NCBI GenBank assembly: GCA_040830765.1
Contig: JBFOMH010000013.1
Location: 146,373 to 210,372 of the forward strand
DNA length: 64,000 nucleotides
Source of the DNA: Puniceicoccaceae bacterium
Lineage (GTDB): Bacteria > Verrucomicrobiota > Verrucomicrobiia > Opitutales > Oceanipulchritudinaceae
Direction of reading: 5' to 3'
In this document: piece by piece, positions 19,595 through 29,229 of the stretch
Numbering within the stretch: the first letter of the stretch is position 1
Layout: every line of letters begins with the position of its first letter
Program-made: the position numbers and the translations under genes
The notes under the pieces: model-generated
The model's input: only the letters and a program-made list of their open reading frames with translations
Database searches by the model: none
What the model was told of the DNA's origin: nothing

Positions 19595-20251
19595 CTAGTG
19601 TTTGCCCCGAAGTTCGCGGGGAGGTCCCGAATCCTCGCCGGGGGTATCCCGGCGCTCATTGTGCTCATTCCATGATTCGTCGTCTGCCCGCGGCTCGCGG
19701 TCCACCATGGAGCCGGTTTGGGAGGCGTGGAAGGGGCCACCCATCATCGGGGCCGGCTCGACTGTTTTGCCAGTGGCCTCCACGAGATCTTCATCCGGAA
19801 ACTCCACTTCCTTGCCGGCAAGGGGAAATTCCTTGCGCAGCGGGTGATAAGGATAACTGTCCCACATCAGGATCCGGCGTAAATCGGGGTGCCCCTCAAA
19901 CTGGATGCCGAACATGTCAAAGGCTTCCCGCTCATGCCAGTCAGCCGTGGCCCACAAATCGACGACACTCGGGCAAATCGGATCCGTTTCCCCGGCGCAG
20001 GGGGTCACTAGCCGCAGATACTCATGCCGCTCCGTGCTGTAAACATGATAGACGACTTCGAAGCGGGGGCTTTTGTCAAAATGGTCGATCACCGTAAGGT
20101 CGGAGAGGAAATCAAAATCATGCTCATCCCTCAGGTACCGAAGGAGCCCGACAATTTCTTCCTGCGGGCAATTGTAGGCCGGCCAGTCGGCACTCTCACG
20201 TTCAGTGAGGTAAGGGTGCGCCTCTTGGATGGTTTGTGTGCGCGTATTCAT
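19595..20251 (-). CDS. nuoC: NADH-quinone oxidoreductase subunit C
   Basis: ADWHEREAFDMFGIQFEGHPDLRRIL, HPLRKEFPL. Confidence 0.96.
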   Translation of the reverse strand: MNTRTQTIQEAHPYLTERESADWPAYNCPQEEIVGLLRYLRDEHDFDFLSDLTVIDHFDKSPRFEVVYHVYSTERHEYLRLVTPCAGETDPICPSVVDLWATADWHEREAFDMFGIQFEGHPDLRRILMWDSYPYHPLRKEFPLAGKEVEFPDEDLVEATGKTVEPAPMMGGPFHASQTGSMVDREPRADDESWNEHNERRDTPGEDSGPPRELRGKH

Positions 20252-20259
20252 GGACCGCC

Positions 20260-20799
20260 TTATTTCTTTTGAAAGGTCAGATCGCGGACCGGTCGATTGC
20301 GGAACAGGTCGCGGGTCGAGGACTCGTTCTTGATTTTCTCCTGGAGCCGCATCATGCCATCAAGCAGGGCTTCCGGGCGCGGCGGGCAACCGGAAATATA
20401 GATATCAACCGGAACGATGCGGTCCACTCCCTGCAGGGTGGCGTAGGAGCGATACATCCCACCGGAGGAGGCACAGGCACCCATGGCCACAACCCACTTT
20501 GGTTCCGCCATCTGGTCGTAAATGCGCCGCACGACCTGGGCCATCTTGTAGGTGACCGTTCCGGCAACAATCATACAGTCGCTCTGACGCGGGGAAAACC
20601 GCATCACTTCCATTCCAAAGCGGGAAATATCGAACCGGGATCCACCGGATGACATCAGTTCAATGGCGCAACAGGCGAGGCCCATCGGCATCGGCCATAC
20701 GGAGTGGCGCCGGATCCAGTTGATGACGGCATCCGAGCGTGAGACGATAACTTCTCCCTCGATTTTGCTGTTGTAGGCGTAATCGCTGGTGGTGGTCAT
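20260..20799 (-). CDS. nuoB: NADH-quinone oxidoreductase subunit B
   Basis: [32 protein letters not shown]. Start at ATG 20799. Confidence 0.96.
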   Translation of the reverse strand: MTTTSDYAYNSKIEGEVIVSRSDAVINWIRRHSVWPMPMGLACCAIELMSSGGSRFDISRFGMEVMRFSPRQSDCMIVAGTVTYKMAQVVRRIYDQMAEPKWVVAMGACASSGGMYRSYATLQGVDRIVPVDIYISGCPPRPEALLDGMMRLQEKIKNESSTRDLFRNRPVRDLTFQKK

Positions 20800-20978
20800 A
20801 AAATTTGCCTCTTGGGGGGTTCTAAAGACCAGCAAGGTGCAGATGCTTAACGTTAATGGCAAGCATGTATAAATTAAGTGGTCAAGAAAGCTGCTGTCCG
20901 GCCTGAAAACCCCGTTCAAGGTAACCGGAACTTCCCAAAAAACAGAATAAATGGTAGGTCTTTGTTCTCCTATCGATT

Positions 20979-21380
20979 ATGAAAAAGACATACCTTTCCT
21001 GGGGGCTCCGCCTGGTGGCCGCCGTCATTCTCCTCCAGACCCTTTATTTCAAGTTTACCGGGGCTCCGGAATCCGTGGCCATCTTCACCCAGCTCGGCCT
21101 TGAGCCACACGGCAGGATTGGTATCGGGATCGCCGAGCTGATTGCCTCCGTCCTCCTGCTTTTGCCCGCCACCGTCGCGCTGGGGGCGCTGCTCGGAACA
21201 GGCCTGATGGCCGGAGCACTCATGAGTCACCTTACCGAACTCGGTTTTGCCGGGGAAATGCTCTCCCTCAGCCTCCTCGCGCTGCTGGTCTTTGTCTGCT
21301 GCGTGGCGGTTCTTTTCCTTCACCGCAAGGAGGTTCCATGGATAGGGCAATTCCTCGACCGCGACAGCGGCGCGGAGTAA
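20979..21380 (+). CDS. DoxX-family membrane protein
   Basis: LQTLYFKFTGAPESVAIF..GRIGIGIAEL; about four hydrophobic helices. Confidence 0.8.
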   Translation: MKKTYLSWGLRLVAAVILLQTLYFKFTGAPESVAIFTQLGLEPHGRIGIGIAELIASVLLLLPATVALGALLGTGLMAGALMSHLTELGFAGEMLSLSLLALLVFVCCVAVLFLHRKEVPWIGQFLDRDSGAE

Positions 21381-21382
21381 CC

Positions 21383-21808
21383 CTACATCGCGACCGGATA
21401 TTCCGGCTGGATAAAGTGCTTTCGCACCTTGGCGGCAATCTGGGGTGTGGTCATCCGGTCCACCGTTTCCACCCCGACTATTCTCCCAGACAACGCTGAT
21501 CCGGCCACGTGTTTGCGAAACTCGTTTTTCCCTTCACCCGGTCCAAAGACGAGGAGCTCGTCAGCGAATCGGACGGCTTCAGCGACCACATCATACCAGC
21601 GTGATAAGTGGAGCTGGAACTTTCTTTCCCGGGTGTCCTCCTTCATCACATCCTGGGGACCATAAGGTGACCTGGAGCCGGATCCACCTGCCGGGCGGAT
21701 GTGTTTTTCCATATTGGACTCGAGTATTTCCACTCGCTCCCGGTCTTCCGACAACTTGACGACCACCGCCTTGCGGTGATCTATCCACAACCCGATTTGC
21801 ATGCTCAT
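21383..21808 (-). CDS. Single-domain bacterial eRF1-like (baeRF/host-attachment-like) protein
   Basis: GLWIDHRKAVVV at the N-terminus, LLVFGPGEGKNEF, VETVDRMT.PQIAAKVRKHF. Start at ATG 21808. Confidence 0.65.
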   Translation of the reverse strand: MSMQIGLWIDHRKAVVVKLSEDRERVEILESNMEKHIRPAGGSGSRSPYGPQDVMKEDTRERKFQLHLSRWYDVVAEAVRFADELLVFGPGEGKNEFRKHVAGSALSGRIVGVETVDRMTTPQIAAKVRKHFIQPEYPVAM

Positions 21809-21876
21809 ATTTCCTCCTCTGATCAGATTACGCTTCCTGAGCGAGGATGGCAATGGAAATAGGGACTGGCAGCAGC

Positions 21877-22809
21877 TTAAAACTTGGTCGCCATCTCGTT
21901 CTCGTAGGCCCAGCCGTGGTTCCAGAAATCAATGGTTGAGCGGACGGTCTGCATGAACTCCTGTTCCTGCTCACTGGCCTCCATGGCGGCCCAAACGGAA
22001 TCGATGTATTCCATGCCAGCCTCCTTGCCATCCTCAATAAATGTCAGAATGGCCTTCGAACCATGGAGTCGAAACAACATTTCGTCGGAACTGCAGGCAA
22101 GGGAGTGGTCCATGCAGCGCAGGCGGGTTTCCCGGTCAAGGTCCTCCTTGTAGTTCACCGTCAGGGCCTCTGCTGTCGGGATTGATGCACAGTGGTAGAG
22201 TCGGCTCGGGCACTCATCTCCAAGAAACTGGAAGAATGGCTCAAGGTAGCCCATGCTGACCGGAAGCCAGGGATTCCAGGAATTGCCAAAGTCCTCATGG
22301 ATGAGAATGGACTTTCCTGGGATCAGGTAAGGATAAAAGGCCTGGATTATGTATTCGTTCATCTCCCATGATTTGGCCAGGTCGACGAAAAAAATTTCAA
22401 TCGGCCCGCCTTCCCAGGGGAACTGCTTGATATCCCCGGCATTGACCGAAATCTTGTCCTCGAATCCAGCGATAGTGGATTGGAAATCCTCGAGAAAGGA
22501 ATCACCCTCCTTTTTATTCAGAAAGCGTTGGGTTTCCTGATCCCGGCTGACTTCAAAGAGATCATAGGCATGGACATGGCCAAGGCCGTCTTCCCTCTCC
22601 GCCAGACCCGCCGCAAAAGCGACCGTGGAACTGCCGAGGAATGAGCCAAGATCGACAATCGCGCCCTCCCCGGAGTACCACTCCCGGGACAGCCAGTAGC
22701 ACATCTGACGCTCCTGGCCAGTCAGCAGCGAACGCTTGGCCCGCTTGTAGATATCCGTGAAGGGCAGATTCCGCCAAGGGCGGTCTTTGATGCTTTCTGT
22801 CAAACTCAT
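21877..22809 (-). CDS. Class I SAM-dependent methyltransferase-like protein
   Basis: IVDLGSFLGSST (motif I), HAYDLF, IEIFFVDLAKS, ILIHED. Confidence 0.75.
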   Translation of the reverse strand: MSLTESIKDRPWRNLPFTDIYKRAKRSLLTGQERQMCYWLSREWYSGEGAIVDLGSFLGSSTVAFAAGLAEREDGLGHVHAYDLFEVSRDQETQRFLNKKEGDSFLEDFQSTIAGFEDKISVNAGDIKQFPWEGGPIEIFFVDLAKSWEMNEYIIQAFYPYLIPGKSILIHEDFGNSWNPWLPVSMGYLEPFFQFLGDECPSRLYHCASIPTAEALTVNYKEDLDRETRLRCMDHSLACSSDEMLFRLHGSKAILTFIEDGKEAGMEYIDSVWAAMEASEQEQEFMQTVRSTIDFWNHGWAYENEMATKF

Positions 22810-22835
22810 CGAAATTAACAAAAACCATTGGAGGA

Positions 22836-23276
22836 TTACTTTGAATCGGCAAGTGCCTTCTCCATCCGCAGGTGAGGAATGCCAACCTCCGTGAATGGTT
22901 CCCCAACGCCCGCATAACCCAGCTTTTCATAAAACGCAATGGCCCTATCGCGGGCATTGAGAAAGATCCGCCCTACCCCGCTGGCCCGAAGGATCGGCTC
23001 CACTGCTGTCATCAGAAAGCGGCCGAATCCCCGTCCCTGCATATCCTCCCGGACCGCCATCTGGCGAATCTGCGCCAGGCCCTCTGCGTGCGGGACTACC
23101 ATCAGGCAGGCCACCAGGTGCCCCTCCCGCAATAGCCCGAAATGCCGGTATCCCACTTCTTTCTCCAGCTCCGCTTCCGAATGCTCCAGCCCGATTGGCT
23201 TCCGCAGCAGATTTTCCCGCAATTCCAGCTCCTGGGTGTACAATTCAGTCCCGTGTGCTATCTCCACCAACTCCAT
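22836..23276 (-). CDS. GNAT N-acetyltransferase
   Basis: IRQMAV..MQGRGFGR, AIAFYEKLGY, FTEVGIPH. Confidence 0.9.
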   Translation of the reverse strand: MELVEIAHGTELYTQELELRENLLRKPIGLEHSEAELEKEVGYRHFGLLREGHLVACLMVVPHAEGLAQIRQMAVREDMQGRGFGRFLMTAVEPILRASGVGRIFLNARDRAIAFYEKLGYAGVGEPFTEVGIPHLRMEKALADSK

Positions 23277-23351
23277 CCTCCCCTGTTTCAGCCCAATTTT
23301 GACGAAAATGCAACTCGACAAACCCCGGAGTTAATAATTATTAATCAGGGT

Positions 23352-25802
23352 ATGGAAAGCAGGAGCATGCTGAAAGGGATCCTTCTCTGGGGGTTGGCCG
23401 GGATGGGTCTGGTGATGTCTGGGGAAACAATCGAGGTGGGGACGCCGGAGGAACTGGCGAGCGCCCTCAAGGATCTGGAACCCGGTTCGCGGATCCAGAT
23501 GGAATCCGGCGAGTGGAACAATCTGGACATTGTAATCGAGGGATGGGGTAACCCTGGGCAGCCGATCATCATCGAGGCGAAGGAACCGGGAAAGGTGAGA
23601 CTGACGGGAGCGACCTCGATTCAGATAGCTGGTCGCCATATCACCCTGGCCGGGTTGCACTTTGACCGGGCCTACCTTGCGGAAGGTCGGGAAGCGTTGA
23701 TCAGCCTGCGTACCGGGGAGGGGAAGGTGGCCCGGGATTGCCGTCTGACGGATCTCTATTTTGACCACTGCAACCCTGAGGATCCGCTTGAGAACTATCC
23801 GTGGATCCGGATGTACGGGCACAACAACCGGGTCGACCACTGCCGCTTCGAGGGCCAGGACCACAAGGGAAGGGCCATCCAGGTGCGGGTGTACGAGGAG
23901 AACCCGGCCCACCGCATTGACCACAACTACTTCCTCGATCGTTATCCGGGAGAGGAAAGCAATGGCTATGAAGTGATCCAGGTCGGCCTCAGCACGGACA
24001 GCATGAAGGCGGGTAATGTGGTCATGGAACGGAACATCTTCGAGAACTGCGATGGGGAGACGGAAATCATCTCCAGCAAGAGCTGGAACAACATCATTCG
24101 CCAAAACCGCTTCCTGAGCAGCAGCGGAACCGTGACCCTGCGCCATGGGAAGAACTGCGAGGTAATTGATAACCTGTTCAGCGGTGGCGGAAAGGCTGCC
24201 AGCGGAGGGGTCCGGGTGGTGGACAGCGGGCATAATGTTGAGGGAAACCACTTCACCGGACTGACCGGACGGACCGGCGGGGTCATTGTGCTGTACTGCG
24301 GCATTCCGGATTCTCCCTTGAATGGCTACTTTCCCGCCAGCGACGTCCTGATTAAGAACAATACCTTTGTCGGGAACAGCGGTAATGCGATCTACCTGAC
24401 CGGTGGATTTGGATCCCGGAACCGCATTCTCCTTCCGGAGGACGTTGTATTGGAGGCCAACGCACTCGGCCGGCCAACGAGTGGCGGCGTGGTGGCGATA
24501 GCGGGGGATGGAAACCTGCAGGGTCTCCAATTGAAGGACAATGTCCATGACTCAGGAATGGAAACAGGCCTCTCCCCGTCGACCGGACTCCGCCAGGCCG
24601 GAAATCGTATCACTACAGCAGAACCTCCCAGCCTGCCCGGATACAATGAGGTCGGCCCCCGATGGCTGCCCGACCTCCCTGAATTGATGCTGCTGGACGA
24701 GGCGCGTCTCCGCGGACTCCATCAACCTGGTACGGAAATCGAGGAAGCTGTACGGGACTGGATCCTCTCCGAGGCCAACGATATTATAAAGGAAGGAACT
24801 GTCTATTCCGTGACCTTTAATGACCGAACACCTCCCAGCGGGGACATTCATGATTACTACAGCACGGGTCCTTACTGGTGGCCCGATCCGGATACGGAAG
24901 ACGGATTGCCCTACATCCGGATCGACGGGAAGTTCAATCCGGAACGGGACCGGGTCTCCGACCGGCAACCCTTTACGGATATGGCGGGGGAGACCCGGAT
25001 CCTGGCCCTGGCCCATGTCCTGAGTTCTGATCCAGCCTACGGGGAACATGCCGCCAAACTGCTCCGGACATGGTTCCTTGACGAGTCGACCCGGATGAAT
25101 CCCAACCTCAACCATGCCCAGGCGATTCCCGGGGTCACGGACGGTCGCGGGACCGGCATCATCGACACCCATCCCTTTGTCGAGCTGGTCGATGCCATTT
25201 CTCTGGTCCAGCATGGAGGCTTTTTAACCAATCAGGAATCCGCTCAGCTCGGGAATTGGTTGGCGGATTTTGCGGATTGGATGATCTATTCGACAAATGG
25301 CTCCGATGAACGGGATGCAAAAAACAACCATGGGACGGCCTACGACATGCAGTTGGCGGCGCTGCTCTGGAAAACCGGCCAGAAGGAAAAGCTGCGCCAG
25401 TACCTTGTAACGGTCAGCCTGCCCCGGATTGGAGCGCAAATTAAGGCCGACGGCCGCCAACCGTTGGAACTCTCACGGACCCGCACCTGGAGCTACTGCA
25501 CGGAAAACCTGGAGCACTTCTTCAAGCTTGGGGTCATCGCAGAAAAGGCCGGTGTCGATCTTTTCCAATTTACCAGTGAAGAGGACTCCAGCCTTTCAGT
25601 CGCCCTGGACTTCCTCCTGCCGTATATCTGTGATCCTGATACTTGGCCCTATGAGCAGAAGACCGCCTGGCAGGACCACTTCATCCGCAACGTCCTCTCC
25701 ATCGCGCAGGGGGTCTATCCGGACAAGCCGATTCCAGAAACACTGGATTGCCTCGGCTACGAAGGGGATGCCGCCCTCGCCTGGCTGCTGGGCAGGGAAT
25801 AG
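23352..25802 (+). CDS. Secreted two-domain polysaccharide (alginate) lyase: PL6 beta-helix + PF05426 (PL38/PL5-like) domain
   Basis: N-half: NRVDHC, IDHNYF, SNGYEVIQVG, GETEIISSKS, TLRHG. C-half: PPSGDIHDYYSTGPYWWPDP, MNPNLNHAQ, GIIDT, NNHGT. Start is 23352 or 23367. Confidence 0.88.
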   Translation: MESRSMLKGILLWGLAGMGLVMSGETIEVGTPEELASALKDLEPGSRIQMESGEWNNLDIVIEGWGNPGQPIIIEAKEPGKVRLTGATSIQIAGRHITLAGLHFDRAYLAEGREALISLRTGEGKVARDCRLTDLYFDHCNPEDPLENYPWIRMYGHNNRVDHCRFEGQDHKGRAIQVRVYEENPAHRIDHNYFLDRYPGEESNGYEVIQVGLSTDSMKAGNVVMERNIFENCDGETEIISSKSWNNIIRQNRFLSSSGTVTLRHGKNCEVIDNLFSGGGKAASGGVRVVDSGHNVEGNHFTGLTGRTGGVIVLYCGIPDSPLNGYFPASDVLIKNNTFVGNSGNAIYLTGGFGSRNRILLPEDVVLEANALGRPTSGGVVAIAGDGNLQGLQLKDNVHDSGMETGLSPSTGLRQAGNRITTAEPPSLPGYNEVGPRWLPDLPELMLLDEARLRGLHQPGTEIEEAVRDWILSEANDIIKEGTVYSVTFNDRTPPSGDIHDYYSTGPYWWPDPDTEDGLPYIRIDGKFNPERDRVSDRQPFTDMAGETRILALAHVLSSDPAYGEHAAKLLRTWFLDESTRMNPNLNHAQAIPGVTDGRGTGIIDTHPFVELVDAISLVQHGGFLTNQESAQLGNWLADFADWMIYSTNGSDERDAKNNHGTAYDMQLAALLWKTGQKEKLRQYLVTVSLPRIGAQIKADGRQPLELSRTRTWSYCTENLEHFFKLGVIAEKAGVDLFQFTSEEDSSLSVALDFLLPYICDPDTWPYEQKTAWQDHFIRNVLSIAQGVYPDKPIPETLDCLGYEGDAALAWLLGRE

Positions 25803-25838
25803 AAAAAGCCCCGCTTCCTTTTGCAGGAAACGGGGCTT
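25803..25838 (-). terminator. Intrinsic terminator of rpsA (probably bidirectional)
   Basis: AAGCCCCG..CGGGGCTT stem with a U-tract on the minus strand, between convergent genes. Confidence 0.8.
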
Positions 25839-25863
25839 GAAAGGTTAAATCCGTTGACGGCGA

Positions 25864-27528
25864 TTAGCTGTCGTCTCGGGTCGCCTCGTCGAGGATGTCG
25901 CCAAGGCTGGTCAGCTCGTTGCTGCCGAGGTTGTCGAAGGCAGCCGTTTCCGCGGCCAGTTCCTTCTCGTCGTACTCGGCGGCCTTGATACTGAGGCCGA
26001 TGCGGCGCTCGTCGCGGTCGATCTTGATGACGCGAGCCTTGATCTCGTCGCCCGAGTTGAGGACGTCCTTGACCTTCTCGATGCGCTCCTCGCTGATCTG
26101 GCTGATGTGGACCAGTCCGTCGATTCCTTCCTTCAGCTCGACGAAAGCGCCGTAGCTGGTGATCTTGCTGACGGTACCGTTGACCAAGTCGCCAATCTTG
26201 AAGTGGGTGTCGATTTCGTCCCACGGGTCGTTGGTCAGCTGCTTCATGCCGAGGCTGATGCGCTGCTGTTCCGGATCCACATCGAGGACGATGGCGTCGA
26301 TTTCGTCAGCCTTCTTCACCATTTCGGAAGGATGATTAATCTTGCGCGTCCAGGACATGTCGGAGACGTGGACCATGCCGTCGATACCTTCTTCCAGTTC
26401 GACGAAGGCGCCGTAGCTGGTGAGGTTGCGGACCTTGCCGCGGACGCGGGCGCCAACCGGGTAGTTGTGGCGGACCATGTCCCACGGGTTCGGGTCGAGC
26501 TGACGGACGGAAAGGCTGATCTTCTGGTCGTCCTTCTGGATACCGAGGACAACGGCCTCGATCTCGTCACCAACCTTGAGCACTTCGCTCGGCTTGTTGA
26601 TGCGCTTGACCCAGGACAGCTCGGTGACGTGGACGAGGCCTTCGACCCCTTCCTCGAGTTCGACAAAGGCACCATAGGGAACCAGGTTGACCACCTTGCC
26701 GCGGACACGGGCATTGACCGGATAGCGGTTCTCGATGCCTTCCCACGGATTTTCCGTGGTCTGCTTGAGACCGAGGGAAACACGCTCACGGTCGCGGTCG
26801 ACTTCAATGATCATGACGTCAATTTCCTCACCCACCTTGAGCATTTCGCTCGGGTGGCTGATGCGGCCCCAGCTCATGTCGGTGATGTGGAGAAGGCCGT
26901 CGAGGCCGTCGAGGTCAACGAAGGCACCGTAGTCGGTGATATTCTTGACTGTACCACGCTGGACATCGCCCGGCTTGATGTTCTCAAGCAGGGAGCGGCG
27001 CTTTTCGAGGCGTTGCTCCTCGATCAGTTCACGGCGGGAAATGACAATGTTCTTCCGCTCGGTGTTGATCTTGAGGACCTTGAAATCGTAGGTCTGGCCG
27101 ACGTACTGGTCGAGGTTCTTGGGCGGCTGGATGTCGATCTGGGAGGCAGGGAGAAAAGCGTCGACGCCAACATTGACGACGAGACCGCCCTTGACCTTGG
27201 ACCGGACACGGCCGCTGAGTACGGAACCTTCCTCACACTGTGAAAGGATATTTTCCCAGTTCTTCTTTTGCTGGGCCTTGTCGTAGGACACCACGGGATT
27301 GCCGTCGCGGTCCTCGAGGCGCTCGAGGAAGACCTCGATTTCCTCACCGACCTGCAGTTCGCCCACGTCGAGAAACTCGTACGCGGGAACGACCCCTTCG
27401 GCTTTGGCCCCGATATCCAAAATGACGTCGCTGTCACGGATTTCGGTGATGATGCCCTTGATAATCGAGCCTTCAATCAGGCTCTCGAACTGGCTCTGGG
27501 CCAGTAGTTCTTCCATTACGGATGACAT
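25864..27528 (-). CDS. rpsA: 30S ribosomal protein S1
   Basis: Repeated S1 domains (YGAFVDL/YGAFVEL, GLLHITDMSW, RISLG); strongly biased codon use. Start at ATG 27528. Confidence 0.97.
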   Translation of the reverse strand: MSSVMEELLAQSQFESLIEGSIIKGIITEIRDSDVILDIGAKAEGVVPAYEFLDVGELQVGEEIEVFLERLEDRDGNPVVSYDKAQQKKNWENILSQCEEGSVLSGRVRSKVKGGLVVNVGVDAFLPASQIDIQPPKNLDQYVGQTYDFKVLKINTERKNIVISRRELIEEQRLEKRRSLLENIKPGDVQRGTVKNITDYGAFVDLDGLDGLLHITDMSWGRISHPSEMLKVGEEIDVMIIEVDRDRERVSLGLKQTTENPWEGIENRYPVNARVRGKVVNLVPYGAFVELEEGVEGLVHVTELSWVKRINKPSEVLKVGDEIEAVVLGIQKDDQKISLSVRQLDPNPWDMVRHNYPVGARVRGKVRNLTSYGAFVELEEGIDGMVHVSDMSWTRKINHPSEMVKKADEIDAIVLDVDPEQQRISLGMKQLTNDPWDEIDTHFKIGDLVNGTVSKITSYGAFVELKEGIDGLVHISQISEERIEKVKDVLNSGDEIKARVIKIDRDERRIGLSIKAAEYDEKELAAETAAFDNLGSNELTSLGDILDEATRDDS

Positions 27529-27690
27529 GTTAACTGTATACTCCTGTATGTCTGCCCGGCGGGCTGGAGATTCCCGCAGACAGGTTTGAGGTTCATGTTT
27601 TACTCCACATACCCTCGGTGGCATGCGGAAAAGCCGGCGAAGTTCGCAAAGCGGACCGCCCATGGCAAGCGTTTTCTGCAGCGATCCGGG

Positions 27691-29229
27691 CTACATTTCA
27701 CCCTCGATTGGCAGAATTCCGAGAAACCAGTCCTCCAGCTTCTGGAAAGCGGATGCTGCCGGCTGTGTCTCAAGGACTTCTTCATCGGATTTCCATATCA
27801 CCTGTCCATCTGGGCCTACCTCCAGGTGCCATGCATTCCGGAGGAGGAAATCAAGGTCAAGGACCTCCCGGACACGGGTATTCAGGGACGGGCTCTCGAT
27901 AAGGAGGCCCATCTCGGTATTCAGGCGGAGGGAGCGGGGATCGAGGTTCGCACTGCCGATAAAGGTCAAATTGTCATCGATCAGGACCAACTTGGCGTGC
28001 AGTCCAAGTTCCTTCTCTTCAACGGGATGACGGATGTAAGTCCCGCGGTCCTTGGCCAGTGCCCGCACCTCGTGGACTTCCGCGCCGTGCCCCAGTAAAC
28101 TGTGGATATGGTGCCGGTAAGCGCTGTGGGCGGCCACATGGTTGTTGGAGCGGAGTGAATTGGTCAGAATCCGGACCCGGACACCCCTGTTTTCAGCCGC
28201 TTCGATGGCCGCCTCCAGTTCGGGTGTGGGGATGAGGTAAGCGGAGACGAGAATCAGCTCCTTCTCGGCCCGCCCAAACCACTCATTAAGCTCAATGGCC
28301 AACTGGTCCGGCAGCTCATCGTGGTCTGCTGGATTATCGCGGGCTGGATGATCGGCGAGGAGGACGGCACTGCCTGGGTCGGCTTGCCGGGCTGCCTCCA
28401 TCCAGCGGACGAGTCGTTCATCCCGGCTCTCTTCCAACCCGGCTGAAATCTCCCCATAAATCCACGTCTCGAAGCTCTCCCGGTCCATTCCCGCGGGCTG
28501 TTCCGTCATAATGGCCTCCAGGGGGAAGGTCCAGGGATTGTTCCAGAATTCATCGAACAAGTCGCTCAGTCCAAGCACCCCGGGGCCGGCGGTGAGCACT
28601 TCGATATCCCGGAAATTGGCTTCCTCGTGGCTCCCGAAATATTCGTCGGCGAGGTTCCGACCTCCGACAATGGCGGCCCGGTTATCGACTATCATGGCCT
28701 TGTTGTGCATCCGGTGGTCGAGGCGGCCGAATTCCCCGAGATTGATCAATTGCCGCATGGCGAAATTTTCCCGTCGCCGCTTGAAGGGATTGTAGATGCG
28801 GTACTCGACATTGGTGTGGTGGCCCAGATCCCAGACAATGTCACTGTGGGTATTGAGGAAGGTGTCGTCCAGAAGGAGGCGCACACGGACACCGCGGTCC
28901 GCCGCCTCCAGAAGATGACGCAAAACGAGGCTGCCACTCTCGTCCCACATCCACAGGAAGGTTTGCAGGTCAATGGATTGGCTGGCGCTGTCGATGGCCC
29001 GCAACCTCCATTCCAGCCCCTCGGGCCCGGTGTTGAGCAGATAGTACCAGTCCCTTTCCTGCCGAACCGAATCAATTTCGTCCCAAAACGTATTTTCAAC
29101 CGGCGCGAGAGCCGTTTCTACGGGTTTCTCAACTGGCTTCAGCGTGGTGCAAGCTGTCAGGCAGAGCCCCGCGAGCAGAAGCCCGGCGTTAATGGCCTGG
29201 GGTCTGATGCTGAAGGGCCATTTAATCAT
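27691..29229 (-). CDS. Phospholipase D family lipoprotein (ClsC-like)
   Basis: Two HKD motifs (RMHNKAMIVD, LHAKLVLIDD), GGRNLADEYF, GSANLDPRS; lipobox LTAC. Start at 29229. Confidence 0.9.
   Translation of the reverse strand: MIKWPFSIRPQAINAGLLLAGLCLTACTTLKPVEKPVETALAPVENTFWDEIDSVRQERDWYYLLNTGPEGLEWRLRAIDSASQSIDLQTFLWMWDESGSLVLRHLLEAADRGVRVRLLLDDTFLNTHSDIVWDLGHHTNVEYRIYNPFKRRRENFAMRQLINLGEFGRLDHRMHNKAMIVDNRAAIVGGRNLADEYFGSHEEANFRDIEVLTAGPGVLGLSDLFDEFWNNPWTFPLEAIMTEQPAGMDRESFETWIYGEISAGLEESRDERLVRWMEAARQADPGSAVLLADHPARDNPADHDELPDQLAIELNEWFGRAEKELILVSAYLIPTPELEAAIEAAENRGVRVRILTNSLRSNNHVAAHSAYRHHIHSLLGHGAEVHEVRALAKDRGTYIRHPVEEKELGLHAKLVLIDDNLTFIGSANLDPRSLRLNTEMGLLIESPSLNTRVREVLDLDFLLRNAWHLEVGPDGQVIWKSDEEVLETQPAASAFQKLEDWFLGILPIEGEM

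Noticed and set aside
26107..27243. 378-aa plus-strand ORF and repeated DNA in rpsA
   Set aside because: Antisense to rpsA; the repeats are the S1 domain repeats.
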